Of a stretch of 64,000 nt of DNA, positions 55,711 to 64,000 are shown piece by piece. The position numbers and the translations under genes were made by a program. Source of the stretch: an uncultured Candidatus Saccharibacteria bacterium. Its GTDB lineage: Bacteria > Patescibacteriota > Doudnabacteria > UBA920. The notes beneath the pieces are model-generated. The model was not told the origin of the DNA and did not search any database. It saw nothing but the letters and a program-made list of their open reading frames with translations. Positions within the stretch are counted from its first letter, which is position 1, and every line of letters starts with the position of its first letter. Location of the stretch: NCBI GenBank assembly GCA_964436545.1, contig CAYTCJ010000003.1, forward strand, positions 3,168-67,167, written 5' to 3'.

Positions 55711-55770
55711 GTCCCGCAAAGCGGGATCCCTGCCTTGTCGGCAGACAGGCGCCTTTGGCGGAAATTATGA
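55711..55770. repeat. Three-unit palindromic element: gtcccgcaaagcgggat + cctgccttgtcggcagacagg + gcctttggcggaaattatgaa
   Basis: A longer form of the 39141-39180 element. Its middle unit equals the eno and FAD-oxidase insert cores. AGAGAATAG tandem repeats follow it. Confidence 0.7.
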
Positions 55771-55800
55771 ATAGAGAATAGAGAATAGAGAATAAAGCAA

Positions 55801-55891
55801 ATGACAAAAATGAACAAAATTAATAAAAATGAACAAAAATTAAAATCTCCATATTTTCGGCGTTTTTGTCATTTTTTTAATTTTTGTCATT
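55801..55891. repeat. TGACAAAAAT inverted/direct repeat module (copy B)
   Basis: atgacaaaaatgaacaaaa...tttttgtcatttttttaatttttgtcattg. The right arm is 27/29 identical to copy A. Its ATG is used as the apparent start of the downstream ORF. Confidence 0.7.
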
Positions 55892-57285
55892 GCCAAAAAG
55901 GCAGTGTGTTGATTTTTAATGTGGTGTTGATTTTTATTTTTTCCACCGTGATGCTCGGGGTTTTGTCTTACGCGGTCATTCAACTCAGGGTGATTCGGGG
56001 GAGTGTGAATAGAGAACTGGCGTTTCAAATTGCCGAAGCCGGAGCGAATTATTATCAATGGCGGTTGGCGCATTTTCCCACCGATTATTACGACGGCAAT
56101 GCTTCCACTACCCCAGGACCCTATGTGCATAATTTTTTAGATACTGACACTAACCAAAAATTAGGTGAGTATAGTTTACAAATTATTCCGCCACCGGTTG
56201 GCTCAACTGTAGTAACTATTAAATCTACCGGTTATACTTTGGATAATCCAAACCAAAAACGCACTATTACAGTGCGTTATGGGGTGCCCTCTTTGGCCAA
56301 ATATGCGTTTTTAACCAATACCGATGTCTGGATAGGGAACACCGAAACTATAAATGGCGAAATGCATGCTAACGGTGGTATTCGGTTTGATGGCATTGGC
56401 AATGCCCCGATTAAATCCGCTAAGCCGAATATTCCGCCGGGGCCGGGGTATCAATGTTATTGGTATCACGGGTGTAGTAATCCGTTTCAATGGAAGCCGG
56501 GGATTTGGGGGAGCGCCGCGACTTCTACCAAAAATTATTGGAAGATGTCAGAACCGAATGTGGATTTTACTACCATTACGGCTGACTTGCAAACGCTAGA
56601 GAGTTTGGCCGATGGGCAGGCCGATATTCCACCATCTAATGCCCAAGGTTATTCTTTGGTGTTTAATGCCAATGGCACGGTGAGCGTTTATAAGGTAACT
56701 TCCTTAAGAGCGCACCAGACCGGTTGGGACGTGAATAACGTAGCCCACAATGAAGATTTAGACTATCAAAATCGAAGTTTTCAATACACCATGAACCTTC
56801 CCACCAATGGGGTAATTTTTGTGAAAGATCATGTGTGGGTGGAAGGCGTGGTAAACGGCCGGGTGGTAGTGGGAGCCACCAAGTATTCCACCAATCCCAA
56901 TTTGCAGGCGAGAATTTTAATTCCCAATAACTTAACTTATTTAGCCAAAGATGGCAACCATAGTTTAGGTTTAATTGCGGAAAAAGATATTTTAATTACA
57001 TATTATGCGCCGAGCAATTTGGAAATTAATGGCGCTTTAATTGCGCAAAAAGGCAGTGCGCAAAATTATTATTTTCCCAATAACACTAAAACTTCAATAA
57101 ATATTTTTGGTTCAGTGGCCAGTTTTGGAGTATGGACTTGGAGTTGGGTAAATGGCAGTAATCAATGCACTAGTGGATATTGCTCTACTGCCACCACTTA
57201 TGATGCCAATTTATTGTATTATCCACCTCCCTCGTTTCCTTTGTCCAGCGAAGGGTATAGACAGTTAAGCTGGAGTAGTGACTGA
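55801..57285 (+). CDS. PilX-N-like pilus assembly / minor pilin-associated protein
   Basis: A hydrophobic segment followed by ELAFQIAEAGANYY matches the PilX N-terminal pattern. The start is uncertain because the first ~30 codons are encoded by the repeat module. Confidence 0.55.
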   Translation: MTKMNKINKNEQKLKSPYFRRFCHFFNFCHCQKGSVLIFNVVLIFIFSTVMLGVLSYAVIQLRVIRGSVNRELAFQIAEAGANYYQWRLAHFPTDYYDGNASTTPGPYVHNFLDTDTNQKLGEYSLQIIPPPVGSTVVTIKSTGYTLDNPNQKRTITVRYGVPSLAKYAFLTNTDVWIGNTETINGEMHANGGIRFDGIGNAPIKSAKPNIPPGPGYQCYWYHGCSNPFQWKPGIWGSAATSTKNYWKMSEPNVDFTTITADLQTLESLADGQADIPPSNAQGYSLVFNANGTVSVYKVTSLRAHQTGWDVNNVAHNEDLDYQNRSFQYTMNLPTNGVIFVKDHVWVEGVVNGRVVVGATKYSTNPNLQARILIPNNLTYLAKDGNHSLGLIAEKDILITYYAPSNLEINGALIAQKGSAQNYYFPNNTKTSINIFGSVASFGVWTWSWVNGSNQCTSGYCSTATTYDANLLYYPPPSFPLSSEGYRQLSWSSD

Positions 57286-57377
57286 AAACATTAAAACAAT
57301 TATCATTCTAACATTCTAACAAAGCAGAAATCCGCAGGCGTTAAGATCTTTATATGTTAAGAAGTTAGAATGATAAG

Positions 57378-57761
57378 ATGTTAAAATTTTTTATGACGAA
57401 ACATATGTACTATTTGGGTTTATTATTTGCGGTGTGGGTTTTTTTCTCACAGCCGGTTTTGGCAGTGCGTTTGGTGCCGGGGAGTGTGCCGACTACTACC
57501 CCGCTTCAGCCGATACCCGCAGGCAGTGTCCCCAATTATAGTGGCAATGTTAACTTTCAGGCTTTACCGGCTCCCGAAGCGGTTGACAAACCTCATGAGA
57601 ATCCGCAAGATAGCTTTAAGCCAACTAGTCCTCTTAAACCAGAGCCAGTGGATTTAACATCCGGACATCCAAGTAGTGGTAAAATTCAGTTGGGTCTAAT
57701 TGTGGCGGGGATTTTAGGCTTACTTTATGTGTATGTCAAATTCAAAAAAACTTTGCGTTGA
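57378..57761 (+). CDS. Small Pro-rich surface protein with signal peptide and C-terminal TM anchor
   Basis: 127 aa. Confidence 0.4.
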   Translation: MLKFFMTKHMYYLGLLFAVWVFFSQPVLAVRLVPGSVPTTTPLQPIPAGSVPNYSGNVNFQALPAPEAVDKPHENPQDSFKPTSPLKPEPVDLTSGHPSSGKIQLGLIVAGILGLLYVYVKFKKTLR

Positions 57762-57957
57762 GTGTGGAAAAAATCCGGTTCCGCATTTTTTATATTGGTA
57801 TTTTGAAAGTATAAATATTTTTTTTGGCCCCATCCGCCGATGGTTTTTAAACCAGTCGTGGTTTTATAGAGTAAGCTTACTGTCCAGTTATGGAAATTGG
57901 GCTCAAAAATTTTTTTGGTTGGGTAAGCAACTAAAAATAATTCGGGTGAATTGGGAA

Positions 57958-58983
57958 ATGGCTCAATGTAAGATTCCGAGAGCCAAAGTTTTATGGGAAG
58001 AAGCAAAACAACGCGGAATAGTTATGGGAGAATTGCTTTTGTTCGGTAAATCTTTCGATACCTATATAGCGCAAAAAACAGAATTTTCAATTTTTAGTTC
58101 TCAATTTTTAAAAAAGGTAAAAAATCAAAACGACAAACTAAATAAAAGTAACACACTAATATTTAGTGGCTTACCCAGACCCCATAATTACTACAATTCA
58201 GCTTTGGATTGGATGGATGACAAGTGGTTATTGAAGCAAAAATTTCAAGCACTGAATTTGCCTGTGCCCGAAGGCGGGAGCGCCTTAACATTAAAGCAAG
58301 CTTTAGAAATCTTTAACCGAATTAGCAAGCCGGTAATTGTAAAGCCCAGAGCAGGAAGCCGAGGTCGGCACACCAGGATTTTTGTAAATACCCCAGAGCA
58401 GTTAGAAGTGGCAGTAAAATCGGCTAAAAAATTATGCGCCTGGGTGATGGTGGAAGAGCAGTTAAGGGGGCCCATTTATCGCGCCACGGTTATTAATTTT
58501 GAATTATGCGGAGTTTTAAGAGGTGACCAACCTTTGGTGGTGGGTGATGGACAACAGACCATTCGGGCATTGGTAGAGCAAAAAAATCGGCAGTTATCTT
58601 TACCGGTAAAGCCCATTGTGTTAGATAGCTACACGGAAAGATTTTTAAATTTACAAGGCTTATCTTTAAATTCGGTTTTGCCCGCAGGGCAAGTAATTAC
58701 TCTGTCTGAGAAAGTGGGCGTGAATTATGGCGGGTCTTCCAAAGAAGAATTGGCACTGTGCCATCCGGACACCCGTGAGTTATTTGTGCGAGCTGCGAAA
58801 GTTTTAAAGGAGCCGATTGTGGGTTTTGATTTTATTATTCCAGAGATTACCCAAACCTATAAAACCCAAAAGTGCGGGTTTATTGAAGCCAATAGTTTAC
58901 CGTTTATTAATTTACACCATACCCCACTATTGGGTGAACCGCAAAACGTGGCCAAAAAAGTTTGGGATATGGTGGGGATGTAA
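57958..58983 (+). CDS. ATP-grasp domain protein (cyanophycin-synthetase-N-terminal / RimK-like)
   Basis: KPVIVKPRAGSRGRH and VVGDGQQTIRALVE resemble the CphA-type ATP-grasp (VGDGxHTI). The track start at 57727 overlaps the upstream gene, so the ATG at 57958 is proposed. Confidence 0.55.
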   Translation: MAQCKIPRAKVLWEEAKQRGIVMGELLLFGKSFDTYIAQKTEFSIFSSQFLKKVKNQNDKLNKSNTLIFSGLPRPHNYYNSALDWMDDKWLLKQKFQALNLPVPEGGSALTLKQALEIFNRISKPVIVKPRAGSRGRHTRIFVNTPEQLEVAVKSAKKLCAWVMVEEQLRGPIYRATVINFELCGVLRGDQPLVVGDGQQTIRALVEQKNRQLSLPVKPIVLDSYTERFLNLQGLSLNSVLPAGQVITLSEKVGVNYGGSSKEELALCHPDTRELFVRAAKVLKEPIVGFDFIIPEITQTYKTQKCGFIEANSLPFINLHHTPLLGEPQNVAKKVWDMVGM

Positions 58984-59011
58984 AAAAACAAAATCAAAAC
59001 CGTCCTGTGGG

Positions 59012-60316
59012 ATGAGTGAGAAAGTTATGATGATACAAAATTTTCAAAAATTAGCCAGTTCTCAATTACGCAAAGATGCTTTGCTCATTGCTGAGGCGGG
59101 CTTGTCAGCCATTAATACCGAGCAGGCCTTTGAGCAGAATTTGATGTATAGTCGCAGGACAAATGTTTTGAAGATTTTAGGTAAACGTTATTATTTAGGT
59201 AAATTTAAACATATTTATTGTATTGCTTTCGGTAAATCCGCGTTTGTGGGCATAGCTTCTGTGGCGAAAATTTTAGGGCCTAAATTAACTGGCGGTTTTG
59301 CCATAGATGTATCTAATCAGATTCCAAATATTTCCAATATCCAATTCCGGACTGGCACACATCCGCACCCCAGTGAGCAAAATGCGCAGATTGCTTATGA
59401 GATGGAGGGATTTTTATCTAGAGTGAAAGCCGATGATTTGGTGTTATGTTTAATTTCCGGTGGAGGCAGTTCGCTGTTATGCCATCCGCACAGTTTGAGT
59501 GTGGAAAATCAGGCTAAAATATTAAAGGAGTTAATGAATTCCGGCGCAGATATTTTTGAAATGAATGCAGTTCGCAAGCATTTGAGTTTAGTTAAGGGCG
59601 GACAGTTGGCAAAATTAATTTACCCGACTAAATTAATTAGTTTAATTTTTTCCGACGTGCCGGGGAATGATTTGTCCACCATTGCCTCAGGTCCGACTGT
59701 GCCAGATAAGACAACGGTGAAAGAAGCTCAAGGGATTTTAGAACGTTATGACATTTTAAAAAAAGTTGGCATTACTCAAGTGGAGTTTAGGGAAACTCCC
59801 AAAGACAATAAATATTTTAAAAATGTGGAAAATATTTTGTTTGTCTCGGCCAAGACTGCGCTTAAAGCCATGCGCGAAAAGGCTGAGGATTTAGGTTATG
59901 AGGCTCAAGTGTTTAATGAGCAGTTTCAAGGGGAAGTAAAAAAGTTATCTCAGGAAATAATTTCAGCAGGCAATAAAAAACATTTGTGTTTGCTGGGGTC
60001 AGGGGAAAGCACAGTGCAGGTACTGGGCAAAGGCGTAGGGGGGCGAAACCAAGAATTGGCTTTGCGAGTTTTGCCGTTTTTGCATCAGCACCAAGTGTTT
60101 GTGAGTTTGGCCTCGGACGGGCATGATAATTGCGAGTCAGCCGGAGCGATTGTGGACTTGTCCACTTTAGCCAGAGCCAAAAATTTAAATTTAAACTTAG
60201 ATGAGTATTTGCAAAATAATGACAGTTTTAATTTTTTGGAAGCAGTGGGAGATAGTTTGCACACCGGACTTACCGGAAGTAATGTCGCGGATTTATTTAT
60301 TTGGTTAAATGAGTAA
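59012..60316 (+). CDS. Glycerate kinase, MOFRL family (glycerate 2-kinase / hydroxypyruvate reductase TtuD-like)
   Basis: LISGGGSSLL and GSGESTVQVLGKGVGGRNQELAL are MOFRL motifs. The track start at 58817 overlaps the upstream gene, so the ATG at 59012 is proposed. Confidence 0.7.
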   Translation: MSEKVMMIQNFQKLASSQLRKDALLIAEAGLSAINTEQAFEQNLMYSRRTNVLKILGKRYYLGKFKHIYCIAFGKSAFVGIASVAKILGPKLTGGFAIDVSNQIPNISNIQFRTGTHPHPSEQNAQIAYEMEGFLSRVKADDLVLCLISGGGSSLLCHPHSLSVENQAKILKELMNSGADIFEMNAVRKHLSLVKGGQLAKLIYPTKLISLIFSDVPGNDLSTIASGPTVPDKTTVKEAQGILERYDILKKVGITQVEFRETPKDNKYFKNVENILFVSAKTALKAMREKAEDLGYEAQVFNEQFQGEVKKLSQEIISAGNKKHLCLLGSGESTVQVLGKGVGGRNQELALRVLPFLHQHQVFVSLASDGHDNCESAGAIVDLSTLARAKNLNLNLDEYLQNNDSFNFLEAVGDSLHTGLTGSNVADLFIWLNE

Positions 60317-60343
60317 ATGTATGGTATAATTTGTGGGTAAATT

Positions 60344-61339
60344 ATGAAAATTCTATTTTTAGAAACTAAAGAATGGGAAGCGGAATATTTAAAAACCAAA
60401 TTTAAGCATAAGGAGTTGGTGTTTTGTGAGAGCGGAGATTTGGCAATGCACAAAGATTGTGAAATCCTCTCTAACTTTGTTAATTCCCCCGTGAATGCAG
60501 AGGTTTTAAATCAGTTACCAAATTTAAAATACATTACCACCCGAAGCACGGGGTTTGACCATATAGATTTAAACGCATGCAAGACCAGAGGCATACTGGT
60601 AAGCAATGTGCCCACTTATGGCGAAAACACCGTGGCGGAATTTACTTTTGCTTTGCTGTTGGCTTTAACTCGGAAACTTTATTTAAGTATTAAGCAAGTC
60701 AAGGAGCAAGGGAAATTTTCTACGGAAAATTTAATGGGGCAAGATTTAAAAGGTAAAGTTTTAGGCGTGGTCGGTACCGGACATATTGGCGAGCATGTGG
60801 TCCGAATGGCCAAAGGGTTTGAAATGCAAATTAAGGCCTACGATCCCCACCCAAAAGCTGAGTTAACCAATAAGTATCAAGTTGAATATTTGGATTTAGA
60901 TCGTCTATTAGAGACCGCTGATATTATCACACTGCATATGCCGTATTTGCCGGCTACTCACCACATTATTAATGCGGAAAAATTTCAGTTATTTAAACCG
61001 GGGGCTATTTTAATTAATACTTCTCGGGGTGGACTGGTAGAAACTTCGGCTTTAATTACGGCTTTAAAAACCGGACAAGTGGCAGGCGCCGGGCTGGATG
61101 TGTTAGAAGAAGAAGGTATGCTTGTTCACGAAGATGCCCTGTGGCAAAATGCCCACCCAAACGCCAACGCTTTAATGACCATTTTAGCCGATCATGAATT
61201 AATGCACATGGAAAATGTAATAATTACTCCCCATAATGCGTTTAACTCCAAGCAAGCCGTGGAAAGAATTTTAGATACCACAGTAGAAAATATTACGGCT
61301 TTTATTGCGGGTCATCCAATTAATGTGATTAAGTGTTAA
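60344..61339 (+). CDS. D-isomer-specific 2-hydroxyacid dehydrogenase (NAD-binding)
   Basis: GVVGTGHIGEHV Rossmann motif. The catalytic R/E/H pattern includes TPHNAF. Confidence 0.8.
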   Translation: MKILFLETKEWEAEYLKTKFKHKELVFCESGDLAMHKDCEILSNFVNSPVNAEVLNQLPNLKYITTRSTGFDHIDLNACKTRGILVSNVPTYGENTVAEFTFALLLALTRKLYLSIKQVKEQGKFSTENLMGQDLKGKVLGVVGTGHIGEHVVRMAKGFEMQIKAYDPHPKAELTNKYQVEYLDLDRLLETADIITLHMPYLPATHHIINAEKFQLFKPGAILINTSRGGLVETSALITALKTGQVAGAGLDVLEEEGMLVHEDALWQNAHPNANALMTILADHELMHMENVIITPHNAFNSKQAVERILDTTVENITAFIAGHPINVIKC

Positions 61340-61355
61340 CATGGATCTACCGATA

Positions 61356-61373
61356 ATCCGCCAGCTGGCGGAT
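61356..61373. repeat. Palindromic unit atccgccagctggcggat
   Basis: Identical to the unit at 27503-27520. Confidence 0.7.
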
Positions 61374-61427
61374 TGATGCGGAATCTATAATTTATTTTCA
61401 ATTAGATTTTTATTTAAGGTAAGTCTG

Positions 61428-61516
61428 GATCCTGAAACCCCAATAGCAGAACCTTTGGTTCGCTACGGGGTAAACAAGTTTAGGATGACAATCAACAAGT
61501 TCAGGATCATTAAGAA
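61428..61516. repeat. Inverted-repeat element (ggatcctgaaac ... gttcaggatca)
   Basis: Terminal inverted repeats lie about 65 nt apart, using the same ATCCTGAA/TTCAGGAT arms as the FAD-oxidase insert. Confidence 0.5.
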
Positions 61517-61591
61517 ACAAATTTACAGTTCCTTGGTAAATATTAAAATATGACAAAAATTAGTTTTAGTTACTAGATCCGTGTTAAATAT

Positions 61592-64000
61592 ATGGACAAA
61601 GTAAAAATCAAAAGAACCAAAAGAAATAAAAAGAAATTATCTTTCAAAGAAAAGGCGCTGGCGGGCGTGGGTTTAACATCTACACTTGTGGGCGGTGTGG
61701 CGGGAGTGAGCCGAGGGATGCAAGAACAGAGAATGGTAAGCACCATAAAAGACATGCTTACTTCGGGCAAGAAAAAAAGCAATACCCAAAAAGCCAAAGA
61801 TGCCATTGCCAAAGTTTTTGGCATTAAAGAAGCCAAAGCCAGTTCGGCGACCATTAATTTTCGGAATTTAACTTCCGGTAACAACAGCCAAGTGCGGGTG
61901 GGTGAGAGTGTGCAAATTAACATTACCGGTCCTGCCGGTTCGGCAGTGTTTTATGATGGCGGAAAAAATGGAAGTCAGGAAAGAATTTATTTAACTAACG
62001 ACCAAGGCGAGCAAATGTATGTGGGTGAAGATGGCACCTTAAACCAAACCATAACCATGACGGCAGACTGGGTGGGTGATTGGAGTTTAGATTATAAATT
62101 ATTTACCCCGAGTGAAGAAGAAGTCTTTGCGGGTAATGTAAGTTTTAGCGTGATATCTACAGCTACCCAAAACCTCGGGAGGAATTCTGCCAACCCAACC
62201 AGAGTGGTGGCTTCGGAAAGTTCGTTTGATTTAAAAGTGGGGGAGAGTAAAACCGCTCGCGTGTGGGTAGATTACGATGATAATTCTCAAGATAGCGAAT
62301 TTAACGTAGAAACTTCTAACCCGAATGTGGTGAATTTTGTTTTAAATAACGACGGCAGTTTTAGTATGCAGGCCATTGGTCCGGGACAAGCGAGTATTAT
62401 AGTGAATGCCAAAAAAGATCCCAGTAAAGGGGTGCGGATACCGGTGAGAGTAAGCGAGGCAACGGCGACGGTATCCACTTTTAGAGTTACGCAAAATAAT
62501 CGAGAAACTAGCGGAGTGAATGTTAACGTGAATGGTAGAACTACTATTACCGCTTTGGCTACGTTGTCTGATGGGAGTTTAAGTCCGGCAGTGGAAATAA
62601 AAGTTTTAGATAGTAACAATGCCAATTATAGCCAGCACGTGAGTGCCTCGGTGGATAATAACGGGCTAATAACTATTCAAGCTGGCGACCCTTACCAAAA
62701 CGAAGATCCATATAATCAGATTTCAGATTATATGGCGACTTTAGTTTTGCACCCGATTTTAGCCGGCAGTGATACAAGCTTAGATAAAACTGTATCGGTG
62801 TTTGTGGAAAGAGCAAATCAAAATTTACCTACTCAACAAACCGAAACCAAAGAAATGCCTGCTTATATCTACCAAATGGGCGCGCAAACCAGATTAGAAC
62901 AATTAACCAAAGCCCAGCAAGATGAATTGGTAAATTGGTTTTTGGCCAACTCCGATGTTTTACCCGCCAGTTTTATTCCGGGAAGTTTTTTTGCAGACGC
63001 AGTTTTTCAAGTGGGTAAAAATCCGCCCACGCATAACGACGGAAATGCAGTAAGAGGCATTTTATGGGGTTATGAATATCAAAATGGACAATGGCGTCAT
63101 ATTTTTGAATTGCCTGGAAAGAATGCGATAAATATTGACCAAAGTTATTTTGCTAATAGGTGGTATAATTCTGATTTTGCAAGAGGATCAGCAATGGCTG
63201 CAGCTGGTATTACCTCTAGTTTAGGAGCTACTATTGCTTTAACGATGGGCTCGGTAAGTATAACTTACGCGGCAGGCACCGCAGTTCCTATAGTCGCTGA
63301 GGTAGTTTTAAATGGGGTTACTTATGCATTAGGACAAGCTTTAGGAACCGCAACAATGAGCAGTACAATGCTTTCTTTTCAGGCAACTATGACCGCTTTA
63401 ATGGCTCAACCGGTTTTTGTGGTTGCTATTGTGGCTGCAGTTATTTTAGGTAGTATAACTTTAATAAGTTGGTTAGATAATAAAAGAAAGATGGCACATT
63501 ACAGACAAGATGATAGTCGTTTAGCCAACGAAGCTTTTGTTAAAATAAATAAAATCGCGGATATTTATAATTCCAATGCTTTAGGCGACATAGATCTTGA
63601 GGGTGAGTATAAAGATCGAATTATAGAATTGATGAATAATATTTTTAATCAGACTTCGGCGTATTTTAAGTTGCAAAATTCCTCTGTGCAGAGTCAGCGT
63701 CAATACTTAAATTCAGCCATCAGTAGTATTAATCAGACTTATTATCAAAGAATGTCCGGCTATGAGCAAGGTTTGCAAAATATAGAGGTCTTTGAAGATA
63801 AAAACGGACACCGAGAAGCTTATGTAAATGAAAATTTTGGCATGGTGGTAGCATATAAAGATGGTTATCAGCATTCCCAAACCGGTAGGTTTGTTGGTCA
63901 ACGAACCGTAGAGGCGATAAGAAATAAAAGTAATACGATTAAAATAGATAGAATTACGTTTGACCCGGGTTGGGTGTATGGCAATCCGGCACAAGGTAAT
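61592..64000 (+). CDS. Large membrane/surface protein with Big_2-like Ig domains and multi-helix hydrophobic region (3' partial, runs off window)
   Basis: Manual translation from the ATG at 61592 finds no stop through 64000 (over 800 codons). A basic N-terminus and a TM segment are followed by Big_2-like repeats (…ASESSFDLKVGESKTARVWV…QAIGPGQASIIVNA…) and an Ala/Gly-rich TM cluster. The supplied ORF track lists no ORF for this stretch, presumably because no stop falls inside the window. Confidence 0.65.
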   Translation, partial: MDKVKIKRTKRNKKKLSFKEKALAGVGLTSTLVGGVAGVSRGMQEQRMVSTIKDMLTSGKKKSNTQKAKDAIAKVFGIKEAKASSATINFRNLTSGNNSQVRVGESVQINITGPAGSAVFYDGGKNGSQERIYLTNDQGEQMYVGEDGTLNQTITMTADWVGDWSLDYKLFTPSEEEVFAGNVSFSVISTATQNLGRNSANPTRVVASESSFDLKVGESKTARVWVDYDDNSQDSEFNVETSNPNVVNFVLNNDGSFSMQAIGPGQASIIVNAKKDPSKGVRIPVRVSEATATVSTFRVTQNNRETSGVNVNVNGRTTITALATLSDGSLSPAVEIKVLDSNNANYSQHVSASVDNNGLITIQAGDPYQNEDPYNQISDYMATLVLHPILAGSDTSLDKTVSVFVERANQNLPTQQTETKEMPAYIYQMGAQTRLEQLTKAQQDELVNWFLANSDVLPASFIPGSFFADAVFQVGKNPPTHNDGNAVRGILWGYEYQNGQWRHIFELPGKNAINIDQSYFANRWYNSDFARGSAMAAAGITSSLGATIALTMGSVSITYAAGTAVPIVAEVVLNGVTYALGQALGTATMSSTMLSFQATMTALMAQPVFVVAIVAAVILGSITLISWLDNKRKMAHYRQDDSRLANEAFVKINKIADIYNSNALGDIDLEGEYKDRIIELMNNIFNQTSAYFKLQNSSVQSQRQYLNSAISSINQTYYQRMSGYEQGLQNIEVFEDKNGHREAYVNENFGMVVAYKDGYQHSQTGRFVGQRTVEAIRNKSNTIKIDRITFDPGWVYGNPAQGN

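Noticed and set aside
57727-57957. Cys-rich N-terminal extension of the ATP-grasp ORF (MCMSNSKKLCVECGKNPVPHF...)
   Set aside because: It overlaps the 3' end of the upstream gene, and a zinc-finger-like CxxC pair is tempting but is followed by Trp/Phe-rich low-complexity. The internal ATG at 57958 gives a conventional ATP-grasp N-terminus. This extension should be kept as an alternative start, not discarded.

Overview
This window is a low-GC (roughly 35-40% by eye) bacterial chromosomal segment with compact, mostly co-directional genes. The gene content loosely resembles a small-genome Patescibacteria/CPR-like organism; that placement is inference only.

Recognisable content:
- A lower-glycolysis cluster: gap, eno, a histidine-phosphatase/PGM-family gene, pyk and ppsA. 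It is interrupted by a suhB-like gene, an EndoQ-like PHP nuclease and a REP-associated tyrosine transposase (RAYT).
- A dnaG-rpoD operon, PBP1A, an ABC-F ATPase, an ECF sigma factor with a downstream membrane protein, pyrD, an aspartase/fumarase-family lyase, mscL, msrB, acylphosphatase, a glycerate kinase plus 2-hydroxyacid dehydrogenase pair, and a cluster of type IV minor-pilin-like genes.
- Two tRNAs: tRNA-Ser(GGA) on the minus strand and tRNA-Asn(GUU) on the plus strand.
- A long 5'-complete, 3'-truncated ORF at 61592..64000 (Big_2-like surface protein) that is absent from the supplied ORF track.

The most unusual signals:
1. A pervasive family of small GC-rich palindromic units sits in intergenic DNA and, more strikingly, in frame inside conserved genes (enolase, an FAD-linked oxidase, the EndoQ-like gene, an NDP-sugar pyrophosphorylase and the RAYT itself).
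2. A 4.4-kb island is bounded by a perfect 54-bp direct repeat made of the tRNA-Asn 3' end plus downstream hairpins. It carries two GIY-YIG paralogs at its left end and no integrase.
3. Several strongly high-GC genes are embedded in the low-GC background: an aminotransferase, a MOSC / membrane-protein / amidase block, and a secreted protein.
4. An RHH-domain::nucleotidyltransferase fusion has a perfect palindrome abutting its start codon, and the same palindrome recurs upstream of the high-GC aminotransferase.
5. An ~90-bp TGACAAAAAT inverted-repeat module supplies the stop of one gene and the start of another.

No CRISPR array or rRNA was seen.
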